From Bacteroidota bacterium (GTDB lineage Bacteria; Bacteroidota; Bacteroidia; Bacteroidales; GCA-2748055), in contig JBDLIX010000007.1 of NCBI GenBank assembly GCA_039714655.1, positions 4,543 to 68,542 of the forward strand: a stretch of 64,000 nt of DNA, given 5' to 3'. The position numbers and the translations under genes are program-made. This document shows positions 28,358 to 39,778 of the stretch, piece by piece; within the stretch, counting starts at the first letter, position 1; the number at the start of each line of letters is the position of its first letter. Under the pieces are notes generated by a model that saw only the letters and a program-made list of their open reading frames with translations, had not been told where the DNA came from and ran no database searches.

Positions 28358-30230
28358 ATCTTCCCATATATATTAACAAAACACTTACATCGCTGGGAGA
28401 AACCCCGGAGATTCTTGAAGCCTGACCAATGGTTCTGGGTTTAATCTTCGATAGTTTTTGCCTTGCCTCTGTAGAAATACTCTTCAATCGATTGTAATCA
28501 AAACCCTCATCCAGTTTAATTCTTTCAAGCCTTTTAATCTTATCAGCCATCTGACGCTCCCGTGTAATGTAACCTTCGTATTTGATGGCTATTTCAGACG
28601 CTTCAATAATTTCATCACTCCTGTTGCCACAATCCTTAATAATATTCTTCAGTTCTTCAATTTCATTTGCCAACTCTGATAACCTAACCTGAGGCCTTTT
28701 CGCAACCTCAATGATTTTCATTTTTTGTCTCAATGGTGTCGTTCCTACCCTGACTAATAATTCATTGATCTGGTCAGGAGCAACACTGTACCCTCTCATG
28801 AACTTGACTAATTTTTCGGTAAGTTTCTTCTTCTCATTCAACAAAATCACCCTCTCCTCATCCGCCAATCCAATTGTTGCACTCAATTCGGTTAGCCTTT
28901 CATCTGCATTGTCCTGTCGCAGAAGAATCCTGTATTCAGCCCTGGAGGTAAACATCCTGTAGGGTTCATCAACTCCCTTAGTCACCAGGTCATCGATCAA
29001 AACTCCAATATATGCCTGGTCACGTCCCAATACAAATTCCTGATCTCCTCTATTCTTTAAACTTGCATTAATACCAGCCATTAATCCCTGTGCTCCCGCC
29101 TCTTCATAACCGGTAGTACCATTGATCTGGCCTGCAAAATAGAGGTTCTCCAGCTTCTTTGTTTCCAGTGTATGGTATAATTGTGTGGGGGGATAATAGT
29201 CATATTCTATGGCATAACCAGGTCTGAAAACTTTCACGTTCTCCAGACCTTCAATCTCTAACAGCGCTTTGTATTGAACCTCCCATGGCAGCGAAGATGA
29301 AAATCCATTGATATAATATTCCACCGTCTCCATTCCCTCCGGCTCCAGAAATAGTTGGTGTTGGTTCTTCTCTGAAAAAGTAACAATCTTATCTTCTATG
29401 CTTGGACAATAACGCGGACCGATGCTCTCTATTGTTCCATTAAACATGGGACTCTCCTCAAATCCCTTTTCCAGTTCAGAATGTACCGTTAAATTGGTAT
29501 AGGCAATGTAACAACTCTTATGGCTCCTATAATCCACATCATAGCTGAGGTAACTAAATTTTCGATTTTCGTTGTCCCCAGGTTGCTCCTCAAGCTTTTC
29601 AAAATTGATACTTCTCCCATCAATTCTGGCAGGAGTTCCTGTTTTCATTCTTCCAACCTCAAATCCGTGAATCTTTAGCTGTTCACTTAGTCCATAGGCA
29701 GGTGGCTCGCCCATTCTGCCTCCCTGGATCTTCACTTTCCCTACATGCATTAATCCATTGATGAATGTACCCGCTGTCAGGATTACCTTCTTCGAAAGAA
29801 ACCTGATTCCCATCAGCGTTTCAACACCCTTCACGCTCTCCCCTTCAATGATTAACTGCGTCACTTTATCCTGCCAGAACTCAAGATTATCAACGCTTTC
29901 AAGTACTTTTCTCCACTCCAGTGTGAAGGTAGATCTGTCACATTGTGCCCGGGGACTCCACATGGCCGGACCCTTGCTCCGGTTGAGCATCCGAAACTGG
30001 ATCATTGATCTGTCGCTAACGATGCCCGAATAGCCGCCAAGAGCGTCTATCTCTCTTATTATCTGTCCTTTAGCTACTCCTCCCATGGCTGGATTACACG
30101 ACATATGGGCAAACTTTGTCATGTCCATGGTAATCAATAGGGTTCTGCTGCCCATATTGGCAGATGCGGCAGCGGCTTCACATCCTGCGTGACCACCACC
30201 CACAACAATTACATCATATTCAGAAATCAT
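28356..30230 (-). CDS. mnmG: tRNA uridine-5-carboxymethylaminomethyl(34) synthesis enzyme MnmG (GidA)
   Basis: [46 protein letters not shown]. Confidence 0.98.
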   Translation of the reverse strand: MISEYDVIVVGGGHAGCEAAAASANMGSRTLLITMDMTKFAHMSCNPAMGGVAKGQIIREIDALGGYSGIVSDRSMIQFRMLNRSKGPAMWSPRAQCDRSTFTLEWRKVLESVDNLEFWQDKVTQLIIEGESVKGVETLMGIRFLSKKVILTAGTFINGLMHVGKVKIQGGRMGEPPAYGLSEQLKIHGFEVGRMKTGTPARIDGRSINFEKLEEQPGDNENRKFSYLSYDVDYRSHKSCYIAYTNLTVHSELEKGFEESPMFNGTIESIGPRYCPSIEDKIVTFSEKNQHQLFLEPEGMETVEYYINGFSSSLPWEVQYKALLEIEGLENVKVFRPGYAIEYDYYPPTQLYHTLETKKLENLYFAGQINGTTGYEEAGAQGLMAGINASLKNRGDQEFVLGRDQAYIGVLIDDLVTKGVDEPYRMFTSRAEYRILLRQDNADERLTELSATIGLADEERVILLNEKKKLTEKLVKFMRGYSVAPDQINELLVRVGTTPLRQKMKIIEVAKRPQVRLSELANEIEELKNIIKDCGNRSDEIIEASEIAIKYEGYITRERQMADKIKRLERIKLDEGFDYNRLKSISTEARQKLSKIKPRTIGQASRISGVSPSDVSVLLIYMGR

Positions 30231-30658
30231 TTTTTAATCAACTTCAACCACAAATGTAATGCTTCATTTTCCTTTTCCCGCATGATCTCTCTTTCACCAG
30301 AGGAGGCATCCTTAAAACCCAGCAAGTGTAACACTCCGTGTATCATCACTCTTCTAAGCTCTTCATCGGCCTTCACGCCATAAAATTCGGCATTTTTTTT
30401 AACCTGGTCTATACTTATAAACAGATCACCCGAAATGGTATGATCCTTCGTATAGTCAAAGGTTATAACATCTGTAAAGTAATTGTGGTTTAAATATTCC
30501 CGGTTCATGAGCCTGAGTCGCTCATTTGAAGTAAATATAAAATTAAAATCGCCCGGGAGTTTTTTGTTGAATTTAATGCAACTTCGAATCCATTGCTTGT
30601 GTCTGATCTTCTGTTTTAAATCAAAAGGAATCCCTTCGCTATGAAAGCTTATTGCCAC
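30227..30658 (-). CDS. ybeY: rRNA maturation RNase YbeY
   Basis: [21 protein letters not shown] (H3xH5xH metal motif); GTG start. Confidence 0.95.
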   Translation of the reverse strand: MAISFHSEGIPFDLKQKIRHKQWIRSCIKFNKKLPGDFNFIFTSNERLRLMNREYLNHNYFTDVITFDYTKDHTISGDLFISIDQVKKNAEFYGVKADEELRRVMIHGVLHLLGFKDASSGEREIMREKENEALHLWLKLIKK

Positions 30659-31053
30659 TACAGATTGAACTTAAGCTCCACGATACGCCCCTCTTCCAGA
30701 TAAAGGATTTCATCGGACAGCCTTTCCATCAGGAAAATTCCTCTTCCGTTTATCTTCTCCAGGTTCTCCGGAGCAGTAGGATCCGGAACACTCTGATGAT
30801 CAAATCCAATACCCTGATCCTCAATTTGTACCTTAAGTTCTTTCGCTTCAGACAGGATTTTAATAGCAACGTTTTTCTCGGGATCGGAATTGTTACCATG
30901 AATAATGGCATTGTTTGTAGCCTCCATGGTAGCAACCAACACATTGCCATATATCTCATCACTAAGATCCAACTCCAGCGAGAGTTCATCAATGGCCTTT
31001 TCTACCAATCTCAGGTTCCCAATTTCAGAGGGAATATTCAGGTCTTTTCTCAT
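30658..31053 (-). CDS. RsbW-like ATP-binding anti-sigma factor / Ser-Thr kinase (HATPase_c_2)
   Basis: N box EATNNAIIHGN, G1 EDQGIGFD, G2 GRGIFLM. Confidence 0.85.
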   Translation of the reverse strand: MRKDLNIPSEIGNLRLVEKAIDELSLELDLSDEIYGNVLVATMEATNNAIIHGNNSDPEKNVAIKILSEAKELKVQIEDQGIGFDHQSVPDPTAPENLEKINGRGIFLMERLSDEILYLEEGRIVELKFNL

Positions 31054-31114
31054 AATAATTTCAATGGACAATTCTGTATACGGGGGATTCTTACCAAAGG
31101 TTCCAAAAAAACCA

Positions 31115-32302
31115 TTATTTGCTTAACCACGCTTCAGGATTAAGAATTTTTCTCTCCTGCCATATTTCAAAATGTACCATCGAAACACTATTATCCTCAT
31201 CCGAAAAAGCCTCACCCATCACCTCCTTGGTTAACACTTTATCACCTCCTTTAACCCGTACATTCACCAGATTTTGGTATACCGACAAAAATTCTCCATG
31301 CCGTACAAGCACTGTATAATTTGCCCCCAGAATGGCAAACACTTTGGTTACTTCACCTTCAAATACAGCCCTCACTTCTGTTCCGGGGCTACTATTAATA
31401 TCAATCCCATTGTTCTTCACACTGGACCCCCTCAATCCGGGATACTCATTGTCCCCAAAACCAGTAGTAATGATCCCTTTGTCAACCGGCCATGGCAACA
31501 ACCCTTTATTCCGCTTGAAATCATTTCCCACAAGCTCCTGTTCAGGAGTAAGCGCAGCATAAATATTATTTGTATTGAGCTTTCGTGCCTCAGCTTCAAT
31601 AATCTCCCTGATTTTTGTCTCCAGCTCCCGGGTGATACGCTCTTTCTCCTCTATCTCTTTCTTTAGCCGGGATTCTTCTCTTCTCAGACCATCTACCATC
31701 CTCGACTTTTGACCTCTTTCACTTACCAGTTTTTCCTTCTCCTTCTCTCTATCTTCAAGCAAAGAGAGTTTTTCATTTCTCAATTCATTTAACTCTTTCT
31801 GTTTTAGATCCATCTCGACAATCAGTGCTTGAATGTCGCTGGCCTTCTGAATCCGGTACTCACTAATATACTTCAGGTACTTATATCTTTGATAAGACTG
31901 AGAAATAGTTGCTCCAGCCAGAATATACATGAGCTTCTCATAATTGGTGTGGTTCCTGTAAGCATAGTATATGAGTCGGGCATACTCCTCCTTGTTTTTC
32001 TTGTTTTCAATTTCAAGTTTCCGGATTTGCACCTGGGTTTCGGTGATATCGTCATCAATGATCTTCATCTCCTGCTCAAGGGTACTTATCAGTTTAGCCC
32101 TTGAATTAATCCCCCTTTGCAGTATTCTTATTCTTTGCACTGAACTGGATCTCTTCTCAACGGTTTGATCCATCAGTTCACGTGCCAGTTTAATCTCATC
32201 GAATGCCTTCTGTCTCTCACTTTGCAACTCCTCCTTGGACTGCCCTGAAAGTGAAGTAAGATAAATAATCCCTAAAAAGAATATAAGTAAAACTCTTCTC
32301 AT
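31115..32302 (-). CDS. envC: Murein hydrolase activator EnvC (coiled coil + M23-like domain)
   Basis: Long coiled coil, KGLLPWPV, NNGIDI, degenerate M23 domain ending VHFEIW. Confidence 0.88.
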   Translation of the reverse strand: MRRVLLIFFLGIIYLTSLSGQSKEELQSERQKAFDEIKLARELMDQTVEKRSSSVQRIRILQRGINSRAKLISTLEQEMKIIDDDITETQVQIRKLEIENKKNKEEYARLIYYAYRNHTNYEKLMYILAGATISQSYQRYKYLKYISEYRIQKASDIQALIVEMDLKQKELNELRNEKLSLLEDREKEKEKLVSERGQKSRMVDGLRREESRLKKEIEEKERITRELETKIREIIEAEARKLNTNNIYAALTPEQELVGNDFKRNKGLLPWPVDKGIITTGFGDNEYPGLRGSSVKNNGIDINSSPGTEVRAVFEGEVTKVFAILGANYTVLVRHGEFLSVYQNLVNVRVKGGDKVLTKEVMGEAFSDEDNSVSMVHFEIWQERKILNPEAWLSK

Positions 32303-33036
32303 CTCATTTCTGTAAACGTATACCTTCTGGGGTTCACATCCATTTTTACTTCCACTTCTTTATTGTATGAGAGAGCCCCTCCCCTGGTAATAATCTCAAA
32401 TTCTGTAATCATAAAATTTGAATAGATTTTAAACCCCTCTTCTATCCGTTCACCCATTAAATATTTATTTGTGCGCTGGTGATAGAATTCAAATCTGTCC
32501 ATAAGCAGTAAATTACGGTCCATGGAAATTCTCTTTTTCACATATTCCTCGTCAAATTCAAAAACCATATGATTCTCCATATCATCCCTGGCAAATTCAA
32601 GATCATCACACAAAAAATAATGGGTAATGATATTCTCTAAATCTTTGAAATTTACAGGATACTGGTACCCGAAACGCCTGAGTAATGGCGCCCGGTATAC
32701 AATTTTATTCAACCTGTTAATTACTTTTATGGAATCGTGTTCAACGCTCGCACGTATGATTTCAAACCCGCTATTCACTGCCGAAAGGTAAATAATTGAA
32801 TCTCTCTTTGAATAAAGGGTCACCGTTACTTCGTACCGTTCATTATCAAACATTAACAGAGCTTCTGCCTTACTGATCACAAAGCTTTGAATGGTATCAA
32901 GCGCAGTACATTTTTGAACCATTCCATCCATCCCCACGAGCTCGGGGCTTTCAGGTTTTTGTATCTCACGAATAACCCTGCATTGTTGCAACACAAGAGC
33001 GACGAAAACAATGATAATCAACCAACCTTTACTCAT
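32299..33036 (-). CDS. DUF4292-like lipoprotein
   Basis: Lipobox-like LQQC, RDSIIYLS, DSIKVINRLNK; sits in the conserved dut-TPR-DUF4292-envC cluster. Confidence 0.7.
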   Translation of the reverse strand: MSKGWLIIIVFVALVLQQCRVIREIQKPESPELVGMDGMVQKCTALDTIQSFVISKAEALLMFDNERYEVTVTLYSKRDSIIYLSAVNSGFEIIRASVEHDSIKVINRLNKIVYRAPLLRRFGYQYPVNFKDLENIITHYFLCDDLEFARDDMENHMVFEFDEEYVKKRISMDRNLLLMDRFEFYHQRTNKYLMGERIEEGFKIYSNFMITEFEIITRGGALSYNKEVEVKMDVNPRRYTFTEMR

Positions 33037-34735
33037 CCTCTCTGCTTCTAAGGTTATCTATTTTTTGTTCCAACCTCTCTTTATCTCCACCCAGAATGAT
33101 GGCTTTAAGGTAATAAGATTCAGCGATAGCAAAACTATCCAGTGCAACCTGAATATCTCCAGCATGTTCATTTACTTCCGGATCATTCTCCCCACCCTTT
33201 TCCAATGCGTTCAGAATATACTTTTCAGCCTCATCAAACTCTTTCAACTTGAACAAAACCCACGCATAGGTATCAATAAAGGTAGCATTGTCGGGATTGT
33301 TCTTCACGGCTACCCGGCTCCACGCTTTGGCCTTTTTAAGCTTGTCTCCTCTCTCTGCCAGATAATAACTGTAATTATTCAACACCATGAAATTATCCGG
33401 TTCCTCAGCAATCAGTTTTTCAAATAGCGAATCTGACCTGGAAAAATCTTCCAACCTGTAGTAGGCTTCTGCATAGAGCATCTTCGATTGTGAAGTATAC
33501 TCATCTACAGTGAAAGCATCAAATGAGATACCTTGAAAATTTTCAATAAGTAACTCATATTCACCCTCTTCGTAATATCCTATACCTCTGAAAAACCGGA
33601 TATCAACACTGTCGGGATATTGGACCAGCGCCCTCTCTGTCATCATGATTAACTCCTGGTTCAAGGAGGCTGCATTGGCCAGCAGGATGGTTTGCATATA
33701 GAGTTGATAGTTCCCCTGGTTGTTCTCCAAATACGCCTTTAACTGGATGTATGCCTTATCGTAAGCACTGGACTTCATATAGAAATCGGCAGCCATTAAC
33801 CGGCCTTCAGGAACATCGGGATGTGCTTTCAGGAATACCTGCAACAGATGGTCCAACTCCCCGGAGTAATTCAATAAAAACTCATCCTCCGACAGGTAAT
33901 AGGAGATGATGGCCATCTTCCGCTCCACATCGATCTGTTGATTGCTAAAAGATCTGGACAAATAGCTGAAACTATTTGGGTAATCCTCTTTTTTACGAAA
34001 ATAATCGGTTAGGTTGGTGAGCGCAAAAATATTGGTACTGTCTATCTCCAAAATCTCCAGGTAATAATCAGCTGCCTTATCTTCATTACCGCTTTTCATG
34101 CATAACTCTGCCGCTGCAATTCTGAACTGTACAGCTTCCGGAAAAAGAATCATCACCTTTTCAATTTCCTGTTTAGCTAATTCATACTCCTGCTCACTCT
34201 CATATATGGAAGCTTTCAACAGTGTGATCTTTTCACTGAAACCCCTCTCTTCTTCTATCTTTTCCAGGATCCTAATTGCCTTGCCTGGCTTCCCCATGGT
34301 GAAATAGAGGGTTGCCAACTGGTACTCCCATTCCACTTCCCCCGGATCACTCTTCCTTTTCTCCTTCAGGATCTTTGTCATGGTGGTATAATCTTCACTG
34401 GCACCAAGCGCGTTCAGATAAGCAATGGTATACCACTTATTCTCAGGGTCCAGCGAATATGCTTTTTCCAGATTCTCCCGGCTTAAATCAACCTGTTTGG
34501 TCATCAGGTAGATGGTTCCCAACTCATAATATGCAGCCTGGCAATCCGGTTTATCCTTGATAACCAGCTTGTAAAGCTTTACAGCTTCAGAAAAGTTTCC
34601 CAGGTTCTTTTGCTTTACTGCTTCAATAAGTGCATACTGGTAATCGTAGTTCCCTTCTTTCTTCTGCCCCATGGTGTTTATACCGACCAAAAGAAGCAAC
34701 CAACATGCAACAATCCCGATTTTAATATTTTTCAT
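33029..34735 (-). CDS. Tetratricopeptide-repeat protein, exported
   Basis: Signal peptide, multiple TPRs, VLNNYSYYLA...DTYAWVLFK. Confidence 0.85.
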   Translation of the reverse strand: MKNIKIGIVACWLLLLVGINTMGQKKEGNYDYQYALIEAVKQKNLGNFSEAVKLYKLVIKDKPDCQAAYYELGTIYLMTKQVDLSRENLEKAYSLDPENKWYTIAYLNALGASEDYTTMTKILKEKRKSDPGEVEWEYQLATLYFTMGKPGKAIRILEKIEEERGFSEKITLLKASIYESEQEYELAKQEIEKVMILFPEAVQFRIAAAELCMKSGNEDKAADYYLEILEIDSTNIFALTNLTDYFRKKEDYPNSFSYLSRSFSNQQIDVERKMAIISYYLSEDEFLLNYSGELDHLLQVFLKAHPDVPEGRLMAADFYMKSSAYDKAYIQLKAYLENNQGNYQLYMQTILLANAASLNQELIMMTERALVQYPDSVDIRFFRGIGYYEEGEYELLIENFQGISFDAFTVDEYTSQSKMLYAEAYYRLEDFSRSDSLFEKLIAEEPDNFMVLNNYSYYLAERGDKLKKAKAWSRVAVKNNPDNATFIDTYAWVLFKLKEFDEAEKYILNALEKGGENDPEVNEHAGDIQVALDSFAIAESYYLKAIILGGDKERLEQKIDNLRSREDE

Positions 34736-34750
34736 ATTTGTTAACGAAAA

Positions 34751-35185
34751 TTACTGACTCCCCGTATGTCCGAATCCTCCAGCCCCTCTTTCCGAATCCT
34801 CCAGGGAAGCAACTTGTGTCCATGATACCTTTTCCACTTTATTGATCACCATTTGACAAATCCTCTCTCCGTCATTTACAACGAAATCAGCTTCCGAAAG
34901 ATTAATCAGAATGATGCCAATCTCACCCCTGTAATCGGCATCGATGGTTCCCGGACTATTCAATACTGAGATTCCCTTTTTAAGGGCAAGTCCGCTTCTT
35001 GGCCTTATCTGTGCCTCAAAGCCTTCCGGGAGCTCCATAAACAGGCCTGTGGGTACAAGTCTGCGTTCCAGAGGTTTTAATGTAATTGGTGTCTCCAGAT
35101 TGGCTCTCAGATCCATTCCCGCCGACAATGGCGTGCTATATCCGGGCAAAGGATGCCTGGAGCGGTTTACAATTTTCACATCCAT
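34751..35185 (-). CDS. dut: dUTP diphosphatase
   Basis: [34 protein letters not shown]. Confidence 0.97.
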   Translation of the reverse strand: MDVKIVNRSRHPLPGYSTPLSAGMDLRANLETPITLKPLERRLVPTGLFMELPEGFEAQIRPRSGLALKKGISVLNSPGTIDADYRGEIGIILINLSEADFVVNDGERICQMVINKVEKVSWTQVASLEDSERGAGGFGHTGSQ

Positions 35186-35189
35186 AGAG

Positions 35190-36662
35190 TTATCCGTATT
35201 TATAGGTATTAAAGGTTTTTCGTTCCCCCAGGTATACTACAACACCAAACAGGCCCATCAGGATCAATCCGGTCAGGTTTTGTAATTTTAATGTTTCCCG
35301 CAAAAATAGTTCATTGATAAAATATATCACCAATGCAAAGAGTATATAAACCATAATTCGTCCGGTTCTGTATGGTATTGGATAGTGTTTTCGCGACCAA
35401 AGATAAGATAACACCACCATTACGCTGTAACAGATAAGGTGTGCCCAGGCCGATGCCAGATATCCATACTTGGGAATAAACAGGAGATTAATCGTCACGG
35501 TAATAATTGCTCCCAGAATAACCAGAACAGCTCCAATCATGGTTTTATTAGTCAGTTTATACCATATGGAGAGATTGAAGAAAATGCCCATTACCAGATT
35601 TGCCATTAAGATCACCGGTACGATGTATGAACCCTCTCGAAAACTCTTACCAATGAACAGGATAAAGTAGTCAAGGTACAGGTTCACCAGCAGAAATATA
35701 AATAGTCCGGCCACCACAAAAAAGGTCATAACATCGGCATAAAGCTTTTTTGCATTCTTCTCTCCGGATTTTGAAAAGAAAAACGGCTCGGCAGCATACT
35801 TAAACATCTGTACAAAAAGTGTCATCAGGACTGCCAGTTTAAAATTGGCTCCGTAAATACCCAATTGTTCCATGGGATTCTGATCTACAGGAATCAGGTG
35901 TTTTAGCAGTACCCTATCCAGGGCTTCATTTATTGTACCAGCCAAACCGGCGATCAGTAAGGGATAGGAGTACCTTAACAGGGTATTCATCAGCTTCCTG
36001 TCAAAGGTCGATCTGAAGGCAGCCAGGATCTCCGAAGAAAGCAACATAATTTTACTTAAAGAGGCGATCAGGTTTGCGATCAAAACATATCCTACCCCTA
36101 TCTCCTCACTGTATACCATGGAAACCAGTTCTGATTCCGGATGTTTTGGGCAATAGTAAAGGAAAAACAGGTTGAGACCAATATTGATGGAAACTTCAAC
36201 AATGCGTATAATGGCATATTTGCCTGCCCTGTTGTAGAGCCTGATCCTTGCAAAAGGGATGGAGGTGAATGCATCGATTCCTACAATAAGAGCAAGCCAT
36301 TTAATATACTCCGGATTGGATGCATAGCCCATCACCTTGCTAATGGCCCCCCCCCAAAGCAGCATACCGATGATAAACAGGCTGGAGGTAAAAAACAGAG
36401 AGCCCAGTACGGTGGTATAAACTTTCTCTCTCTTATCCGACTTGCTGGCATACCTGAAAAATCCCGTTTCCATTCCGTAAGTAAGAATAACCAGCAGAAA
36501 GACCACGTAGGCATAAAGTTCAGTGATTACTCCATAGGTGGCTTTATCAAAGACCCTGGTATAGAACGGTGTCAGCAACACGTAATTGAGCAAACGGGGC
36601 AAGACAATTCCCAACCCGTATACGGCAGTTTGTCCGAACAGTTGTTTGATGGGATTTTTCAA
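35190..36662 (-). CDS. Oligosaccharide flippase-family (Wzx/MATE-like) membrane protein
   Basis: [32 protein letters not shown], about 12-14 TM segments. The likely start is TTG 36662. Confidence 0.82.
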   Translation of the reverse strand: MKNPIKQLFGQTAVYGLGIVLPRLLNYVLLTPFYTRVFDKATYGVITELYAYVVFLLVILTYGMETGFFRYASKSDKREKVYTTVLGSLFFTSSLFIIGMLLWGGAISKVMGYASNPEYIKWLALIVGIDAFTSIPFARIRLYNRAGKYAIIRIVEVSINIGLNLFFLYYCPKHPESELVSMVYSEEIGVGYVLIANLIASLSKIMLLSSEILAAFRSTFDRKLMNTLLRYSYPLLIAGLAGTINEALDRVLLKHLIPVDQNPMEQLGIYGANFKLAVLMTLFVQMFKYAAEPFFFSKSGEKNAKKLYADVMTFFVVAGLFIFLLVNLYLDYFILFIGKSFREGSYIVPVILMANLVMGIFFNLSIWYKLTNKTMIGAVLVILGAIITVTINLLFIPKYGYLASAWAHLICYSVMVVLSYLWSRKHYPIPYRTGRIMVYILFALVIYFINELFLRETLKLQNLTGLILMGLFGVVVYLGERKTFNTYKYG

Positions 36663-36714
36663 TGCTTTGGAACCAAATTTTGTAAAAGTACTATTATCTG
36701 CTGGAAAAGGAAGT

Positions 36715-39009
36715 CTATTCGTCTGTGGAACGCTTATTAAACAGGAGGTATCCAAAACTAAGCTGGATTACCCACGGTTTCTCCTCTTCGGTAATGTATC
36801 CCACTTGAAATGAGATGGGTCCTGCAACCGTTACAAAATTCAGGGAAGCATCGAAAAACGTCTTCATGCTGTTGAAATAGGTTCCTGTATAAGCTTCATT
36901 GTTCTCGTCCCTAAGGATCTCCTGAACCGGAAAGAATGCATAAGCCTCCAGTTTTGCATGAATTTTCTTAGTAAATGTATAGACCGGCATAAGCCCGGTA
37001 GCGATGAATTGATGCGCCCGGTAATGCTCCATGAAAAGAGCCTTTGAAATGATGTTTGGCTGAAATACAGGAGCTTCAATAATCGTTGAAAAATAGTTGC
37101 TCTGCAAAGGTTTGAAGGTGGCCTGCATAAGGTAATGAACCCCCAGACTCAGGGAGCCTTTTAAAGGAATATATGCGGTATTCTCATACTTTGCCGAGAA
37201 CCAGAAATAGTTCAGATTTTTCTGTATCAAGTTCTGTGAAGTTGATCCGGGAATATAGGACTCGATCCCGTATCCCAATCGAATGGCCAGTTTTCGGTAG
37301 GTACCTTCAGTCGAAAACTGCTTATTATTCATAGTGTTTCGTTCTCCAGCCAGATACATTGACATGAGATTTACGTTGGAAACTTCGGAGGTATCATTGG
37401 AAGAAAAATCTTTTGTCATATAATAGATTTCCCGGTTTCTTCCAATGCCCAGCCCACCCTTGATCACACCATTATTGGAATAGGGCATTCCCACGTCGAA
37501 CCTGAAGTTGGTTTCATCCTCAGTGATGTATGAAGGTTTCAAATCCTCAAAGAAGAAATTTGAATTGTAGTGGTTGTAATCAATTCCATTGTAGTTAAAA
37601 CTTCCCTGGAAAAACAAGGGGATCCCGGAGGGGTAATCGAACCTGAATCCCAGGTTCACTCCGTCATATAATCGCCCGAACTGGATGCTTCCCTTCAGGT
37701 GACTGCTCACCTCCGAAATCGCCCTGTAACTAAAACCGAGGTAGGTTTGAGCCAGACCCGTACTTGCGAAAAAAAGTCCAAATCTGGCCTCCAGAGGAGC
37801 CTGCGGGATTACCCTGAGTCTGAGAGTAAAAAGCGTGTCCTCAGGACGATATACAGCCCGGGGATAAAGGTATAACAGGCCTTTGTCATTGGCCAGTTTT
37901 AAATATTCTCTTTTTAAATCTTCAACACCCATAACCGACTCCTTCTTCCGAATACTTCTTTCTACATAATCCCTCTGGTTCTCATTCACACCATGTACTT
38001 CAAGCTCCTTAAAACGTAATTCGGGCCAGGAATCAATAAATGCGTTTCGTTTCTGTTTCAGTGCGATTGAATCCTTCGCTTCTTTTTGTACCATCATTTT
38101 AATACTATCCATTTTTTCTACGGTAGTGTGGTACCCGGCATCCACAAATTCATCCAGCTTATCAAATGCAAGCAAAGATTCTTTCTTGAGATCCAGATCC
38201 AATAAAATCCCTTCACTGGGATCGATCAGATAACTGGTCGGTTTCATCACCATATTCTCGATCTGACCCATAAGGTCAAACTCATCCGGAGGGGAATTAC
38301 CTTCTGCAGCCTTTGAACCAATAATCACATCCGGTTGGAAATGTTTCTTTACATGATCAATGGGAAAATTGTTATAAATACCACCATCATACATAATGTT
38401 CCCGTCAATCACTATGGGTCTGAAATAGAAGGGGAACGTCATTGAGGCCCTCACCGCCTGAGATAAATCACCTTTCCGGAACACCCTCTCTTTGCTATTA
38501 CTGATGTCAGCGCTAACACAAAGGAAAGGGACAAAAAGACTATCAAAATCATACCCTGCAGCTGCGCTGGCCCGGGAAAAGATCTCCATAAAAGCAAAAT
38601 CCATTAAATGGCTTGGAATGACGCTCATGGGTAACCTGGTCTTTGGAGTGGTATCATTGATATCCAATCCTACTTTAAAAAGATCTGGTCCCGGGTATTC
38701 CGCTTTGAAGTAATATTTATCTTCCTCCTCCAGAACACCGCTCATCCAGTAACTGAACTCCTCAGACTCAACAATCTTAACCATCTCATCGGCTGTTAAA
38801 CCCATGGCATAGAGTGCGCCTATAATTGCCCCCATGGAGGTGCCCCCAATATAATCGATGGGGATATGGTACTCCTCCAGGGCTTTGATCACACCAATAT
38901 GAGCAAGTCCCTTGGCGCCTCCTCCACTCAGCACAAGTCCCACCGACTGTCCGTATACCATCAGTGGGAAAAGTCCAAACAACATAAGAGTGGAGAACTT
39001 TTTAAACAT
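36715..39009 (-). CDS. Patatin-like phospholipase with C-terminal POTRA/beta-barrel-like region (PlpD-like)
   Basis: GGGAKG, GTSMG nucleophile elbow, DGG; about 450-aa C-terminal region rich in amphipathic strands. Confidence 0.85.
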   Translation of the reverse strand: MFKKFSTLMLFGLFPLMVYGQSVGLVLSGGGAKGLAHIGVIKALEEYHIPIDYIGGTSMGAIIGALYAMGLTADEMVKIVESEEFSYWMSGVLEEEDKYYFKAEYPGPDLFKVGLDINDTTPKTRLPMSVIPSHLMDFAFMEIFSRASAAAGYDFDSLFVPFLCVSADISNSKERVFRKGDLSQAVRASMTFPFYFRPIVIDGNIMYDGGIYNNFPIDHVKKHFQPDVIIGSKAAEGNSPPDEFDLMGQIENMVMKPTSYLIDPSEGILLDLDLKKESLLAFDKLDEFVDAGYHTTVEKMDSIKMMVQKEAKDSIALKQKRNAFIDSWPELRFKELEVHGVNENQRDYVERSIRKKESVMGVEDLKREYLKLANDKGLLYLYPRAVYRPEDTLFTLRLRVIPQAPLEARFGLFFASTGLAQTYLGFSYRAISEVSSHLKGSIQFGRLYDGVNLGFRFDYPSGIPLFFQGSFNYNGIDYNHYNSNFFFEDLKPSYITEDETNFRFDVGMPYSNNGVIKGGLGIGRNREIYYMTKDFSSNDTSEVSNVNLMSMYLAGERNTMNNKQFSTEGTYRKLAIRLGYGIESYIPGSTSQNLIQKNLNYFWFSAKYENTAYIPLKGSLSLGVHYLMQATFKPLQSNYFSTIIEAPVFQPNIISKALFMEHYRAHQFIATGLMPVYTFTKKIHAKLEAYAFFPVQEILRDENNEAYTGTYFNSMKTFFDASLNFVTVAGPISFQVGYITEEEKPWVIQLSFGYLLFNKRSTDE

Positions 39010-39015
39010 TCATTC

Positions 39016-39023
39016 TATCTTTG
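39016..39023 (+). promoter_or_regulatory. -7 box (TATCTTTG) for the cyclophilin gene
   Basis: Exact TAnnTTTG upstream of ATG 39056. Confidence 0.55.
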
Positions 39024-39055
39024 TGAAGCAATTATATATTAAAGTTACATGAATT

Positions 39056-39736
39056 ATGATGAAGAAGTATATATCAGGCCTGATTGTTGCCTTAATAATC
39101 GTCTTATTTACCACCGGGATCTATGCCCAAAGCAAGTTTTCTGAACCAGCACATCTGATTAAAATTGAGACCACCCTTGGAAACATGGTAATCAAACTCT
39201 ACAATGAAACTCCTGCTCACCGCGACAATATGATCAAACTTATTGAAGAAGATTTTTTTAAGAATCAGTTATTTCACAGGGTGATTGCTGATTTTATGAT
39301 ACAGGGTGGCGATCCACATTCTGTGGGAGCCGAAAAAGGCCAACGACTTGGAATCGGGGGTCCGGGTTACACTGTACCAGCTGAATTCGACGAGAAATTG
39401 TTTCATAAAAAAGGTGCCCTGGCAGCGGCCAGAGAGGGAGACAGGGCGAATCCCGGGAAAGCATCCTCAGGCTCACAGTTTTATTTGGTTCAGGGCCGTG
39501 TTATATCCCCCGAAGAGTTGAATCTAATGGCCCAGCAAGGCATGATCAACCTCACTGAAGAGATGGCCGAAGCATACACCTCCCTTGGAGGCACGCCTCA
39601 CCTGGACGGCTCCTATACTGTATTTGGAGAGGTGGTGGAAGGAGTTGAGGTACTGGACCTTATTGCTGCAGTTGCTACCGACACAAATGATCGTCCTCTT
39701 GAAGATGTGGTTTATTCCATATCGCTGATCAGGTAA
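39056..39736 (+). CDS. Cyclophilin-type peptidyl-prolyl cis-trans isomerase, exported
   Basis: Signal peptide, FHRVIADFMIQGGDP, HKKGALAAAR, SSGSQFYLV, HLDGSYTVFGEV. Confidence 0.93.
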   Translation: MMKKYISGLIVALIIVLFTTGIYAQSKFSEPAHLIKIETTLGNMVIKLYNETPAHRDNMIKLIEEDFFKNQLFHRVIADFMIQGGDPHSVGAEKGQRLGIGGPGYTVPAEFDEKLFHKKGALAAAREGDRANPGKASSGSQFYLVQGRVISPEELNLMAQQGMINLTEEMAEAYTSLGGTPHLDGSYTVFGEVVEGVEVLDLIAAVATDTNDRPLEDVVYSISLIR

Positions 39737-39750
39737 CCACTCTTTTTTTA

Positions 39751-39758
39751 TACTTTTG
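39751..39758 (+). promoter_or_regulatory. -7 box (TACTTTTG) for pheS
   Basis: Exact TAnnTTTG 20 nt before ATG 39779. Confidence 0.6.
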
Positions 39759-39778
39759 TTGCTCAAACCCAAACAGAT

